Below are positions 28,739 to 44,633 of a stretch of DNA of 64,000 bases, in pieces. A model generated the notes under the pieces. The model did no database searches, was not told where the DNA came from, and saw only the letters and a program-made list of their open reading frames with translations. Source of the stretch: Chrysomallon squamiferum (taxonomy: Eukaryota; Animalia; Mollusca); contig CM022665.1 in NCBI GenBank assembly GCA_012295275.1, positions 36,332,001 to 36,396,000 on the forward strand, read 5' to 3'. How positions within the stretch are numbered: the stretch's first letter is position 1; each line of letters opens with the position of its first letter. The position numbers were made by a program, and so were the translations under genes.

Positions 28739-30299
28739 ATTACTTTTAATACTGTCTGCATATTAGGAAACTGCAGGTTTATTTCATTTGATACAATATA
28801 GAAATGAATTATTACCAGTTAAAATTAATTGTAATATGAGATGATAAGAACCATCATTTATTTTGGAAAGGTATTTATTTCATTTACATCAATATTTCAG
28901 GTATGTGTGTATACATGTTGAAATTTCAGAAACATGCAGACACACACAACCACATGCCAAAATAACTAACAGAAACAAAATCTTAAAGACAAAGAAAAAG
29001 ATAGATATGTTTGTGTTTGACATCACCTGGGCAGTGATATATATTATATATATATGAGTGTGTGTGTTATTTACTTGCCTTACTGAAGCTAAATTAAACT
29101 GAAAACACATGTTAACATCATAATGACATACTGCTGTTTCCAGGTCAGCCATATTAAGAGGCTGTAGTGGTAGGTAGCCAACAGACTTGCCACAACCAAC
29201 AAAGATAACTGTTAAACTGGTATCATAAAACAATTTTCTAACCCAAAAATAAATAATATTAAATTATGAAAGGAGTGGTGGAAAGTGTGGTATGGAATCA
29301 ATTATACAGGGATGATGTCATTATTGAAACTGTATAATGCTGTTATAAAACAATCAGATGATGAGTAAAGGATATTTTATTTATTTATGTAGTTATTACT
29401 GTATTAGTTTACAGTTGTATGATGTCACATATATGGTTAAATGCCATGCATATAAGGAAAGTGGAAACTGATTACTGTCAAACTATGGGCTAATCATTTT
29501 TTATTTGTATGTGTCTGGAGGTGGGAGTGTGTGTGGATGTAGGTAATTTGTGGCCTGTCTCCATCAGAGAACTGTTAAAGCAGGTCTGTCATCAACAAAA
29601 TTTCTGACCTCACCAGGAGAATTCTGTCCAAGAGAGGTTTTGATTAGCTGCAAGAAATCCATTATATACACCTTCCCACACACAGCAAATCACATAAACC
29701 AGCCACCAGTCACTGACAGGAAAGGGAATTTATCTTAGTGGGTGCACCAAGGTTTGTTGATCTTGTGACCCTTCATGCCTCAGTCTTACACACTAACCAC
29801 TGAGCCACAACCTGCTTGACAATCTGATGATGTCATCACAGAGCAAGAGAACCATGACTTTACTGACGTTCCTGGAAGTCTTGTGCTGTTTATTGGTACT
29901 CACACTTATGTTAGCAGAACAAATAGTATACTTTTCACTTATATCATATTTACAGAGCTATAAACAAATGAAAATGTATCCAAGTTAAGAAAGTCTACTG
30001 CAAGACCAGCTGAAGTGTATAAGTGGTGTCATTTGAATCAGCTGCCCTCCACATGACACAGGGTCCTGGTTGGGCGGGTCAGGTAACACAGACAGTCACT
30101 TAAAACAGGTGTGACAACACTCACACTTTACACATACATTATTTACATTGAAATCACAAACACAGATTCCTCTCTCATATTTCCTCCAGCCAGTTCCTGT
30201 ATGTTTTCAATACTTCTCCAACACCAGGGAATATGAGTTAAATAACTCTAATAATATGGTCACCAGAGACCTATTTCTTTTATTATTAATAATATTAGT

Positions 30300-30341
<42 letters not shown>

Positions 30342-33300
30342 TATTCATTTATTATTTATTTTATTTTAGTTCATTTTATCTTGTTTGTTTTTTTGTTGTT
30401 GTTGTTGTTCTTCATCAGCATTATTGTGGACACAGTACTTGTACTTTGTTCTACACTTTCCCAAAATTCTGTGATGTCATGCAGTTATCTATTCGATTAT
30501 TACTGGTTCCTAATGCAAATGATTCTCCTAACAATAAGCAAATCATAAAACTATTTTACACCTTGTCAGTGATAGAATGACAATAGCTGCATTTATTCTC
30601 ACCTGAAATAAAAATATATATGTATTTGTTAAGGATTATGATATTTATAAATGAAAAAGTAAAAGAAACAAAGAATGAGAGAAAGTAGACTGAGAAAAGA
30701 ATGGAAAGAAAGGAATTTTTTAAGAGTGGAAAGATTTTGTTGACTGATTGGTATGAAGACTGCCAAGGCAAGATGAATTCCCTTCATGTTTCCTAGTGCC
30801 TCATAACTGATTTATCAAAAGCTGTGGTTTGTTGGTTGTAAAGATGGATTAAAAAAATTATTCTTTACCACTGATCAGAAAGAGATTTTTACTTACTGTT
30901 CTCCAAAGGACAAGAATACATTTTACAGTTTGTGTTTCTCAAAGCCATTTGTTACTCAGAAATGACAGTACAAAAATGATTCCAGTGAAACCTGTCTAGG
31001 TTCTCTGTAACAAAGTCTAGCAAATATGTCATCATGCTGACTTTACAATTCTGTGTTGCAATTACTTTTATTTGTTTGACAGCAAAGTCACCTTTTTCTT
31101 TAATTTCTTTTCTTTTTTCTTTCTTTCTTTCATTTTATTTCTTCTCTTATTTTATTCATTTATTATTTTTATTTATTTATTTCACTTTATTTATTTCATT
31201 TTATTTTGCTTTACATTATTTTCAGCTTGTGGAACCTGAGGAAGTGTTAACATCTGGTAAGATTCGTGACTGTAACAGGACAGTACTTCTCTCACAGCTG
31301 GAAGATCAAGGCATTGCCACAGTGGATTTGGGGATTGCTAGAGACAGGTGAATAATAAACGAGTTAACAAATTATATATCTAGCTTCATTTATACAGTAA
31401 AATAATATTTTAAAGGGAGTTTGTTTTTTCATTTCATTCTTTGTACACTGTTTATGAAACCAGTTTTTTGGTGTTGGCAGACACTGTTAAGATTTTAGAA
31501 AGAGAAAATACAGTGTAGGTATCGTATGTTATTAAAAATGATATTACAAGCAAATAAATTCATTTTATTTTTTTATTTGTATATAAGCATTTATATATTT
31601 ACTTGATTTTCTCTGTTTCTTTCTTTATTTTACATATTTATTTACTTGTATTTATTTACTTATTTACATGAATTTATTTTTTTATTTTCTTTAATTATTT
31701 TTATTTATTTATTTATAGCCCTGATGCTGTGCTGAAACATTTAACACATGCACTGTCTATTGCTGATATTGTTGTCACTACAGGTGGTGTTTCCATGGGA
31801 GACAAAGTAAGTATGTTGTTGACTGAGCAGTCATAGCATTACCTATGTAAACAAAATTAAATTTTAAAAAAATCTGTTCAATGCTAGTTTTGATTCTTTT
31901 AAATTTAAAAATTTAATGTTTCTGTGAAAATCTGATAGTTAAGCCTGCAAGCATTGTGGGCCAATTTTTAGGACAACAAAATGCCACTAAATGACTGCAT
32001 TAGATGTAAACCTATGATTTTATTAATTAATTCAGTGAGAATATCAGTGAAACTTGATTTTTATAAAGAACCACAAGTAAGTCCAGAAAAGCAGTTAGAA
32101 ACACACAAAGTATGCGACACATCTACAGTTAAGACAAACTGTTTTCAAACATAATTAAACTCTTTGTTCAGGATCTTCGATCCTTTTCTCATATTACTAT
32201 TAGAATTAATGTTAGATTAACTAAATACAAGGGTTCATATAGTTGTCATCAACTTTCTTAATTACCACTAGCAAAGAACCTGTGGAATGATCCTAGGACC
32301 TTCAAGTTTTAAGTCTGATGTTTCAATCCCCCATTATTAGTTCTGAGGAAGAGATGCACCAGAATGTAATGTTTTACCTTGAAAACTTAAAGCTGTTTGA
32401 ATTAGCCATTAAAATGGAACCAATTTCTCAATAAATTAGATTTTAATTTTTTATTTTTTATTTTGTGTTTACTTCACTTCTTACTTATAAAGACATACTA
32501 TTATTGTTATTATTATATTATTATTATTATTAATGTTGTTATAGTGGTAGCTGTTATTATGATTATGATTATGATTAAATATATTTCAAATCACGCCTAG
32601 CCTTGAAATGACATCCATTATTTTTCAGCTAAACAAAAAACTAGTCTTAATATTCCAGACATTGATGTCATGTCTTTGTTAATGTTTATCATATTGTCTT
32701 ACATGTACAAGTACAAGTACATGGCTATGTTCAGTAAAAGTTATAGATCTATGTCAGTTTTGTAATTGGTACAACATGTTCTTCTGACATTTCACTCTTT
32801 GTTGTTTTCATGAAAAATTTACATTACAAAGAAAAATGTCCAAAAGTTCTGATACTTATAGATTTACTAACAAAGTAATGTCACCGTAGAAGCTTTTTAA
32901 TCAGAAGTTTAAAAAAAAATAATAATAAATAAAAGTTTGATTTAGTCATTTACTTCAGACATTGTATTAAAAAAATGTTTTTTATTTTTTTATTTTTTAT
33001 TTGTTTTTTAATTAAAATATTACAGGACTATCTGAAACAGGTGTTGGAGACAGATTTGAAAGCTAAACTTCATTTTGCTCGAGTTTTTATGAAACCAGGG
33101 TAAGTCTTTTGTTTTTAGTACATTACCTTTGTTCTTGAAGTTATATCTAACATTACATATTCTAACCGTGTGTATTTATAACAATAATTTTCTGACTGTG
33201 ACTTTGTTTAAAACATGCCTTTAAAAACAGTTAGGCCTGATCAGCTTCTGCATACTTTTGTATTTGATATTTAAAACAATAGATAATTTGAAACATAAGC

Positions 33301-35301
33301 ATTTTTCATATCTCTTTATTTTATTATTGTATGTTAGTAATAAAGAATTAGGTTTAATCTCAAATAGGTTATTTTGGATTTTGTAGGTTTTTTTGTTTTT
33401 GACTCAATATTCATTTTTGGTATAAATTGTCAGCGACTTGAAAATATTGAGTTGTATATAATTACAGTATTATGTAATGACGGTTGTTATTTTTTAATTA
33501 TTGTTATTATTTATATTATTATTATTATTTTTTTATATTTAATTTTATTTTATTTTATTTAGTTTTTTTACTTATTTAAAATGAAAGATCTTTTAGGAAA
33601 CAGTATACATATAAAGTTATAAGTATCAAGAAAAGATGGATATTCATTAGAATTTTAAAATTATTATTCCCTTTTTTCATTTTAATGATAATAATAATAA
33701 TAATAATATCTGTATCTTTCATGTATACATAATAGCATACTTTAACTATTTAAAACCAAGATTTTATTTATTGCTGTTATTTTTAGATTATTTTCCAAGT
33801 CTTAAGTACAAATAACATTTCCAAATGTGTTAAAAGGTCATTACCATTAAACTAATTTAATTTATTATCAGTTCAAAATGCTACTTTTTATAATCAGTGT
33901 GACAAATCTAAAAAATTTAAAAAAACGACAACAAAAAAAATAAAACATATAAAAGAAACAGCAAACTTTTATTACCACTGATAAAACAATTCAATAAAAG
34001 CCAATAAGAGAAGACACAACAACAACATTGCTATTACACTTACACAATGGAGGACTTCATTCATTTAATAAAGAAGAAAATAAGATGGCAATAATGTTAT
34101 TTAACTCTGAGAGAAGATTATTTCAAAGTCAGCATTGCTAACCAAGGAGAAGAGCTCTGGGGAATGTTTGCCATTCAAGAAGCCGATGACATTTAGAAAA
34201 AGTCTCTCTGCTGGGAATTGAAACAAGGACATAATGGGCTGAGCGAAACAGAACTCAACAATAAATTTGTTTTTGCCCAAGCCATGTTTGGTCCTTCCAC
34301 ATTTAGCCTGGTGATCGTGGGCATGGGATTTGAAAATCAGCAGAAATTGGAATCCAATTAATGCAATGGGTTTGTGGGAACCTCTTCAGAGGTTGCCTGT
34401 GCCTCAGTGGGGAGTGGTGTTATGTGAGAGTAAGCATGCTGGGATAATGAATTGCTTGAGATTTCATCCCACGCGTTCCCAGACGAAGACATCTGTACAC
34501 TTAAAATGACAGTCTTCATTATCAGTGCTAATCTGTTTACCTGGAGTGGATTAGCTCACACAATAAGTCTTAGTGTTGTAGTGACTGTTATTTTATTGTC
34601 ACCATTCTTTTTTCCTTTTTCTTTTTTTTTTTTCATTTATATATATTTTTTTTTCATTTATATTTTTTTTATTTATTTATTTTTTTATTAATTATTATTA
34701 TTTTTTTTTTTTAATTATTATTATTTATAATACTTCTTTTTATTTATTTTCCAAATTGAGGTTATTATTCTAGCTGAAATAATTAAAAGTTGAAATATAT
34801 TAATTAAAATTTAAGATAAAGTAATTTAAAAAAAAAAGAAGTAATAAAAGATAATTATTAAATTATAATTTATAATGTAATAATTAGAATGTAATTGAAA
34901 GGTGAAATATATTAATATTTCTTATGATGAAGTAAATAAAAAATAAAAGAAACAATGTGATATCCTAAAATAAAGATTTTATTACTTTGACAGTCAGTAA
35001 CATAAAATAACTAATAATCAAATTACTTTTTTTTTTGTGCAATGTAAATTTAATACAATAAAATTATATAATTTATTCAAACTACACTTTAGTGTCACAT
35101 TACAGGACATACTGCTCTGTTTCACAGTCAAATCACAAACTGCTGTATTTCACAGATAGCATTTAAGTAATAGTTTTATGACAAATGAATAAATATTTTA
35201 TTATATTTAATTTCCATTATTTTATTGATTTCTATGTATTTTACCTAATTTTATTTAATCTTATACAATATGTATGTGTTTGTGAGTTTGTGTATGTGTG
35301 T

Positions 35302-35338
<37 letters not shown>

Positions 35339-36704
35339 GAATAAATAAGTGAATACATACTCATTAAACTACATTTTATTGTGTTAATCAGACAAACCAA
35401 ATATCAAACAGTGGAAACTAAAACTACATTTGTGTTCTACATGAGAAATTTAACCTCATTCATGCAGTAAACACAGTACACTGTTTTGATGGTTGTCAAT
35501 GAAATGTGGGCTATCTCTGTATATAATCCTCAATGATTCCTGCTTCTTCCACCATTGCCAACTCTATCAGTGTCTGACTAGTTCACTGTAAATATTAGTC
35601 TTGGGACATGGATCCCATTGAAGACAGCATGGGAGCAGTGCCCCCCAAGTAGCATGGCTGGTTTTTATTGATGGTGTCATTTTTGATAAAAATCAACATG
35701 TTGGTTATTCTTTGTGTTTGAAACTGATTTCAGTTGGGTGGTGGGTTGTAGGTTAGTGGTTGAGTATTAGCTTGAAGTGTGATTGGTCACAGGATCTGTT
35801 CTTCTCGGTGTCACTTTTGGGTTGTTTCCTTGTAGAGTTATTATGATTATTATTATTATTCCTTTGTGTATTTAATTACGTATCTTTGATTATGCAGTAA
35901 CTTGGAAAAGTCATTGATGTTTCTGTCATCTTACATATAAGAAGGATATGTAACATATATTCCAAACAACCATTTTTAACCTATTCTGCATAAACAGTCT
36001 CATACCAAGAGAATAACTGTCTCTTTTTCTGCACACTAGTGTTGTTGTTCTTTGTCTTATGCAAAATAAATAACTGTTAGAATTCTAAACAGTTACTATA
36101 AATGACCACTCTGTAGATTCATACAGCTGTCTGTACCCTTTCAGAATGTATTCCCTCTTGCTCTATTTATTAAGAGTGCACACAAAAAACAAACTGACTC
36201 TGTCCCAAGAGAACTGAATTCTAGACACACTTCCGTCTTGTTGAATCACAGTTGAAATCATTTATCATCTGTTCTACAGGAAGTTCAGATTTAATTCATG
36301 TTTAAGACACCACTGCTAACATCAGTGATACATAATTTGAACATGAAAGAAATTACTTTTGGTTAAGAAAAATTAGTATCGTGATCTGATAGCTTCAGTC
36401 AAGCACATGAGATTAGGGGAAAAAAATAGTTTTAAAATATATATTTTATAATACCTTGAAACAAATTATTTATAATATAGTGAACTGATAGTTCAGTTAA
36501 ATAAAAATAGCACATACTTTTTTTGAAAAAGAATAAATGAATATTTTTAAATTTATTATGTTATTACGTGTCAGACAAACTTAGTCTATGTTGTCTGTAT
36601 TTGAGAGTAAAGACCCATAATACCACAAAGTACAACTAATAGTCCAGACAGCGCGCCATAGTGGATTGATTTTGTTGCATGAAGACACACACACACACAC
36701 ACAC

Positions 36705-36757
<53 letters not shown>

Positions 36758-36816
36758 CTCTCTTTCTCAGAAACATACATATTCACTCATACACTGACAG
36801 ATAAGCACAAGTATAC

Positions 36817-36863
<47 letters not shown>

Positions 36864-39650
36864 ATAAAGCAGTATGTTACATAGATACATCTAGGTTTTA
36901 ATGAACAGATACAGAACTTTTCAAAACAAGACCTACATTGTTACCATTTTTGTGAATTCATCTGAGACTTGAAGACTTACCTACTGTCACAAACACTGAG
37001 AAACAGAAACAGATCAGTGATGTTTGTTTTCTGCAGGTGCTTCTGGGAAATCAGTATCAGGTGTTGTCCAGTCATTTAATTGTCAAAAGATCAACAAACT
37101 CAATGATTTTAACACCTAACAACATTAAAGAGATGTTTGAAAAATCTCTTCCCATTAACTTGGTCACCTATAAATACATTACTAGCCCTTGTGGTGACCA
37201 GAAATACTCTGATGACATTATCAAATGATGTATTGATGAAAATAGCCTTTAATTTACAAGTTGTTTGGTGCGGTGATAAAAGAGTGATATTACTGAGTGG
37301 TGCATCGGAGGAGTTTGTTATTAACAACATTTTAATATATGTCAATGCATGTTGTAAATGAACATTGCTAATCACAGGTGATATCACAGGTGTGTTGTGC
37401 ATGATCATGACGCTTTTATATCTCTTACATCTGTCTTGACATTTTAAAGTTTTCAGCTAGTAAATTACATAAGAGCCACAATAATGTTTGACATTTAAAT
37501 GTCTGAAGAACATTTATAAAAAAAATAATGAAAAATAAGAGAAAAAAGAAAAATAACATGTTTGGGATGGTAGTGTTTTTAATGGTTTGAAAACAAAAAG
37601 ATTTGTGCTTATTTACAAGGATTCAGAAAAAAAACATTAATGTTTGTTTAAGAACTTTTCTGATAACTTTTCAGACAGGAATTTAGTTGGATATTGGGTA
37701 AATGTTATTCTGTTTATGGTGATTTACAGAATATGTCATTGCTTTCACTTCCAGACAGTCATGAATTAAAAACCCAGAAGCCAAAGGATCATGTCTTATA
37801 ATTGTATAAATTGTATTTACTAAGCTAACAAGCACAGACTGCACAAGGCATGATATGTGATTTATGATATTATTTGCTTGTATAATACAGGGATTATTTG
37901 CTGATGTTTTATTTTATTATCAGTTTACATTTTTTTTAAATGAGTATTACATTTTGTCTTTTTATCATTGTGTGGAAAAAAAAAAAGTCCAATAATTAAC
38001 TTACGGTAAACTGATTTATATATATTGAAACATTTATACCTAGATGCTTCACTGAATCATTGCAAGACAATATTCTTTTAACAAATTAACAGTCAAAAAC
38101 AGAACTTGCACGCACACACTTAGCTTTGTCACCATTTATCTAAACAGCCATATCATAACTTGCACATACACCTAGCTCCACTGACTTTTTGTCTAAACAC
38201 CATATTATAACTGACAAATTTGGTGTTTGCATACCTCTGGTTCTAACAAAGTGTCAAATATGATGTCAGAAATAGCAGCTTCATATCCTAAATATATTCA
38301 CAGTTTGTGCTTGAGAATGTTCTGTTTATGTGAGAGAATACTGAGTGAATAGCAGGTGTTGATGATGATCCAAGCAGATGATGATGGTGATTCCATGCCC
38401 GTGCTTCATTCATAAATTAGAGATGTGTTTATCACATCTTGTAGTGTTACATTCTGATCTGATACACCAGTCATAAAGTTCTTTCATAAATAAATATGAA
38501 AAGAAAATACAGAAAAAAGAAGAAAAACTTTGTGTGTGTTTGTGCGTGTATGTAAGTTGCTAGGTTGTGTTAGATTTAGTTATGTTTAATGGAAATCATT
38601 AAGAAAGAGGGTGCTGTGTGTGTGTTATGATTTGTTACTATTTTTACTGGGGTTTTTTCATCTCAGTCTGACTTTTTCCTTTTCTATGATTCTCTCTCTC
38701 TGTCTCTCTGATTCTCTCTGTCTCTCTCTCTCACTCTCTCTCAAGTCTCACATTCTCATTTTTCCCAAACTTTACAAACAGAATATAGATAAACCCCCAA
38801 ATAAACTTAAAAACAAATCACCATATTCTGCCACATGTTAAATTAGTACTATTAAATCTTTAAACTAATCATCCGACACTTGATAGCATTGACTTACTTC
38901 TGGAAATATTTCTAAAATTCAGCCTCGCACCAAGTTCCATGCAGCTCTAAGCTTGGTGCACTCAAAGGAACTTTTGTGGTAAGGACAATTACGACATGCA
39001 CATGTTCGTTTTGGTGAAGTGAGAATAGTAAACAGGGTCTTATTGGCTTTCTGTGTAGTAAACAGAAGCCTGATGCGTGGTTTGTCTTACATACTGAGTA
39101 CACAGACAGTGACAAAACATACAAAATTAGTCCACTGAGTGCTGATGAGTCTGTGTGCTGTTAAGGTCAGATGAACAGACTGGTATCCAGGTTTCCTACA
39201 ACTAAGAAAACCTTGAACATCAGTACGTTTATAAATCACTGGAACACGTTCTGCTTTGCTTTCGTTTTTCCATCATTGGCTTTTAAGATAAAAATAAAAA
39301 ATATTTTTCTGTAAGAATACACACCTCCTTTCTTTGACTATCCTAAAGAAAGAAATTGAATGTGTTGCAGATACACAAATGAATGTTTACACAGGAATAT
39401 AATGTTTTATAATTATTGACCAATACATATTAATGCAAACAGAAGTAAATATTGTATAAAACAATTCCTGAACTAAGACAGCTTGAAATTTCAGTACATT
39501 GTTTTATGTATCTGTTGTATTGTTTCCAAATCTGATGATAGTTTTCATTGAATCTTTTCAAATATATACATGACTTTTTCTCTCAAGTGTATGCTGTTAT
39601 TTCTGTCCTTATCATAGCACACACACACACACACTCTCTCTCTCTCTCTC

Positions 39651-39681
<31 letters not shown>

Positions 39682-39684
39682 GTT

Positions 39685-39715
<31 letters not shown>

Positions 39716-42700
39716 GTCTGTCTGTTTCTCTCTCTCTCTATCTCTCTCTCTCTCTCTCTCCAACACCCAAACTCCAAGTCTACATCTCTCAAGACCTGTA
39801 TCTTTTACCCTAATTGTTATGAATGTTGATGTATGTAACATCATTTTTATTTCTCCCATTAAACATCTTTGCCAAAAATCACCTACCATCAATACAGTGG
39901 GTCTGTCATACAATGTGGAATTTTTTGTATTCCTGAGTTTCAGCAGTTGAACACTGTTAGTGAGTCTTGTTACACAACGCTGGACATTCAGAGTGTTTTA
40001 GGTATTGAACACTTTGATGAAAAACACCTGTTAAAAAACTCAGCACCCTGTCTGACAATCTGTGTAATGTTCTCTGACTAGAAGAGTCATTGTTTTACTC
40101 AGAAAAGATTATCACAAATATTCACCAACCCAGAATACTTAGACGTACAAGCCAAGACATACTTTGTGTTTAAGTCACTAATTAACTAATTTACTGACAT
40201 TATTTTCTTAATATTATGATGTCAGAGCTGACAAATTATGAATCAAAATTAGGGATTATTTGTTTTGTTTACAGGGATACTTAACTGAAATACATAATTA
40301 GGAATACTTTGTGTTTAAGTCACTAGTCACTGATTAATTAAGTAATTATTTTCTTAAATTCTAATGTCAGAACTGACAGATTATGAGTCAGTGATAGGGG
40401 TTGTGTTTTTGTTTACAGGGATACTTGATTGAAATATATAGAAATACTTGTTTTTCAGTCACCGACTAAGTGAATCAAAATTAGGTATTATGTTATTGTT
40501 TACAAGGATAATTATTCACCCAGATTCTTAACTGGAATATTTCAACAGAATATTTTGACATGCAAGCCAACACATAATTTGTTTCAGTCACTGACTAATT
40601 ATGTCATTGTTTTCTTAATATTCTGCATCATTGTTGGAATAGTTTTTATTCTTGTGCATTACAATGGTTAATTATGTATGATGGATGATTCAGACAAAGG
40701 AATATATAATCACTTTTCTGAGTCACAAATGATTCTATGATTGACATTTGTGTATATCTGTCATCATTATCAATTTATAGCAAATTAATTCTCAGCCATT
40801 TGCATAACGTAGGTTTTAAAAATTCCTTATTTATTTATGATGAGAATACTGAGTCACTTTATGAATCCCAAAAGAGAAATGAGTAACTAATATTTCTGAT
40901 CATTTTCAAACACCAGACAAACAAATTAGTCAGTATAGTAGATTATTCCATTTGTATAATTTACCTGCAAAACTGTATAAGAGAAAAATAAAGTATTCTA
41001 AAGGTTGGTCAAGAATGTTTCTAAAAGATATACATATCACTTCTTGTAAAATCTTCTTGTCATTTTAAACATATTGTAAATGTTTGTCATATGTTGTTGA
41101 ATAACTGTCTCAGTGTATTACTATAAAGTTTTGTTCTGTTCTGTTAGATATAATTTGTATATTAGTTATAATCTAGGTATATACGTTTATGTGATTATCT
41201 GCTAATAGCTGTAAATTTATATCTGTCTGTTTAATATGGACTTGAAAAAAAAAAAGCCAGATTTCACAGTACATTATGTGACAAAAAGTGAGCAAAAGTG
41301 AGTCAGAGATAACAATGTTCTCATCAAAGACAAAATAGTATACAACATTTCTCTGTAATCTTCAATATGAATGAAGAGTATGTCAAAAATGGTGAGACTG
41401 AAAGTTAAATTCAAAATGAGCCAAACAGAATGTTCTTATTCACTCATCAAAAATACAATATTATTCATCACTTTTGTAAAAGTTTATGTGAGTCCATAAT
41501 ATTTGTGTCATCATGAACTTATAGCAGATTACTTGAATACTTCTCATCCATTTGTATAAAACTTAGACAGTGAAAAAAACAACTAAAACAGAAAATGATA
41601 ACAGGTTATCAAGCATGTTTATGTAATCATTTGCTTTGCAGATTTCCTCAACCATTTGATACAAAATTAGATTTTAAAAAGAAAAGAAGAAAAAAGTCAT
41701 ATTCATTTATACGTAATAAAAAATAATTAATCTAAATAAAAGTCATGGATTCAGTGAGGTGATTCACATAATGATAAATCAGTATATTAATAGAAATTAA
41801 ACTAAAATAATATATAACAAAAAAACCTATATATATGAGTATACACAAATGTTTCTTTTATCATCTACTTAGATTGCTTCTCAATCATATCGCACAAATT
41901 TAGACTTGAAAAATAATACAACAGAGGGTTAGACAAGAATGTTTTCATCATCAGTTTATAATAAATTAGATCTTATCTCATCATGGACTTAAAACAACCA
42001 TAGATGTTTGTGAAACAATAATTATGAGCCTCCAGATTAATCAGTGATTCACTGGTGTGACTCACGTTTCTTAAATAAATCAGCATATGACATAATCAGT
42101 ATCTGTCACCTGTTATTTTAAAGACCTGGCTTTTTTTTTTTTTTTTGAGCTGTTGCACTGATGATCTTGGAATGAAAAATTAACACACAAATTAGTCAGA
42201 AGGTGACCAAGTCTGGGATGATTCAGAAAGTCAGAAGACATTGTCTGCAGCATTTAACAGAGAGAGAGTTTAATTCTTGTACCACTTTTCATTTATTGAT
42301 TTATTGTTGTTGTTGTTTTTTACATTGCCTTTTTTTTTTTTTCTCTTGTCTGTGTGTTTTTGTTTCTCTGCTGATAATCCATTATCCAAAATTCTTAAAA
42401 GCTTTGAAAACTGACTTTGGTATCTGTGTCTGTGTATGTGTGGCTATTTTTTTCTGTTTGTGCATGTTTGTGTGAGTGTGTGTGTGTGTGTATGTGTGTG
42501 TTTGTTTATCATCACTTACATAATTTTATATATGAATTTAATTTAATTTCTGTATTCTGTGAATTTTGTTTGATATTTTCCTATTTGTAGTCTCTGCCTG
42601 GAAATTTCAGAGAAGGCATAATTTATTTGTATTAAAATTATTTTTTTCTATCTTTAAGTATACTTATATTTTTGGTTTATGAACATGCATGCATGTGGAT

Positions 42701-44555
42701 GCTTATATATTTATGAGTTTTAGAAAATAAAAGACATTCTGTGTAAAATAATCTTTCTGTGTCAATTTTTATTTACTTAATCCAGTTTACTTTTTACCAA
42801 TTTGACACATCAAACAGCAAGTTTGGTTTCCCTCTTACAAAGCATTTGACATCCTACACATGTCGATAAACTTGATAAAACAGTAATCAAAAAAAAAAAA
42901 AAACGTTTTTTTTTTTTTTTTTTTTAATTACAGAAAAAGAAAAAAAGTATTTCTAAATAAACATTTCACTTTTCCACTCTTTCTGTATACAACTATACAG
43001 TGCAGTGGTACTTCCTGATGGTGTTCCAAACCAGTATAAGCGATTACTCCAGAGACAGGTGTAATAATAAAAATTGCCTGTGTGGTCTGTGTAAGAACTG
43101 TTTCTTTCTAAGATAAATGTTTGGACATGAGATAAATCTTTTTTAAAAAACACATTGCTAAACATCATTGAACAGACTCCAAGAGAATCATATAAAATTA
43201 TGGTTATCCTTCTAAAAGAAATTTTTAGTTTAATTTTTCTATGATACTTTTCTTTCAAATTTAAGGGCAGTCATGTTTTCAAATATTCCTCCATTGTTTT
43301 TAAATTTTAATTTCTTTTCTGTAATAAATTAGAATATATGTATAGGTATGCCTTTTTTTTTTTTCTCTCTGTTTTTCTCCAGTTTCTTCTTCTTTACTTT
43401 TTTCTTTTCTTTGTATTTGTATTTCTCATTGAGGTGGATATATCCCCCAAAAAGGCAGTATATACATACATGTATACACACATACAGAACACAAATATGT
43501 TGATTTACTACTAAACAAATTTTCATTTCCGTCTTCAAATATAGTATCTTTGTTTTACACTTCTATTTATTATTATTCTCATCCACCTTCATTTTCTTCT
43601 TTTTTCTTCTTATAATAAATATTCTTCTTCATCTCCTACTTTATTTTCTTCTTTTTATTTCACTTAATATCATTCTAATGCTCTGCCTCTACCTTTATTT
43701 TGGAGGAGGGTAAAGACCTAAAGAGAATATATAAAACTGAACATATAATTTATATTTTTCAATTTCTTACAGTTCTTGTTCTTTTCTTGTCTTTTCCTAC
43801 TAAAAATGTGAACAAAAAAAATAAACAAAAATAAAAACGAAATATATAAAAACTGAACATATATAAATTTTTTCTCTTTTCAAACTGTTTTTGTTCTTTC
43901 TTTTTTTTTCATACTAAAAATGAGGGGGAAAATTAAAAAAATAGACCTAAAGAGAATATATAAAACTGAACTTAGGATTCACCAGTCACTGAAGAGCAGT
44001 CAGTAATGACCATCACTCTATTTTGCTGATAGCACTTCTCTATTTGATCATTCAGCCGGCTACATCAATTACAGGCTCCATTTGTCATGCTTGTCCAAGA
44101 ATTTACCTGTGTATTCTCCACTCCACTGGAACCCTCATGTGAGATGGTCATGTGTTTTTCAAATAACTCAGCTGGCTGCCCAGACTGCCCAGTGGACACT
44201 TTTGATGAGGTCTGGACTACCGTTGCTGGTCATTCGCTTGGTGAGTGAAGGCTTGTTTACATGTTGACCACACAGACAGAAGCAATCCCTCATTGCCGGT
44301 CATCAAAGCTAACTGTTCAAAACTCATCTACTATTTTAATATGCTGCTTAGAAAAACTGTGAGAGGCATAATTAAGGATCTTTTTTCACTTTCTTTCCCA
44401 TTTGGTTTCCTTTTCTTTTTGAACAGATCTTTTGTTGTTTGAGAAATTGTTATTGTTACTGAAATTCATCCTTGAGTGGTGTCAATTTAAATTGTTTTCT
44501 CTGTGGTATGTGTGATATGTATGTATCTATGTGTGTATAGCTAGATAGACAGACA

Positions 44556-44633
<78 letters not shown>

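Noticed and set aside
31262-31279. IRDCN instead of vertebrate IRDSN as a sign of an inactive E domain
   Set aside because: This position varies among MoeA proteins (Thr in E. coli, from recall), and all other catalytic motifs are intact.
37037-37408. Strong acceptor ttttctgcag| and overlapping short ORFs in intron 16
   Set aside because: The phase-2 reading stops after ~14 codons, there is no good donor nearby and no recognisable protein.
38927-38959. Hairpin GCACCAAG...CTTGGTGC as a miRNA or terminator
   Set aside because: The stem is too short for a pre-miRNA and there is no other supporting context.
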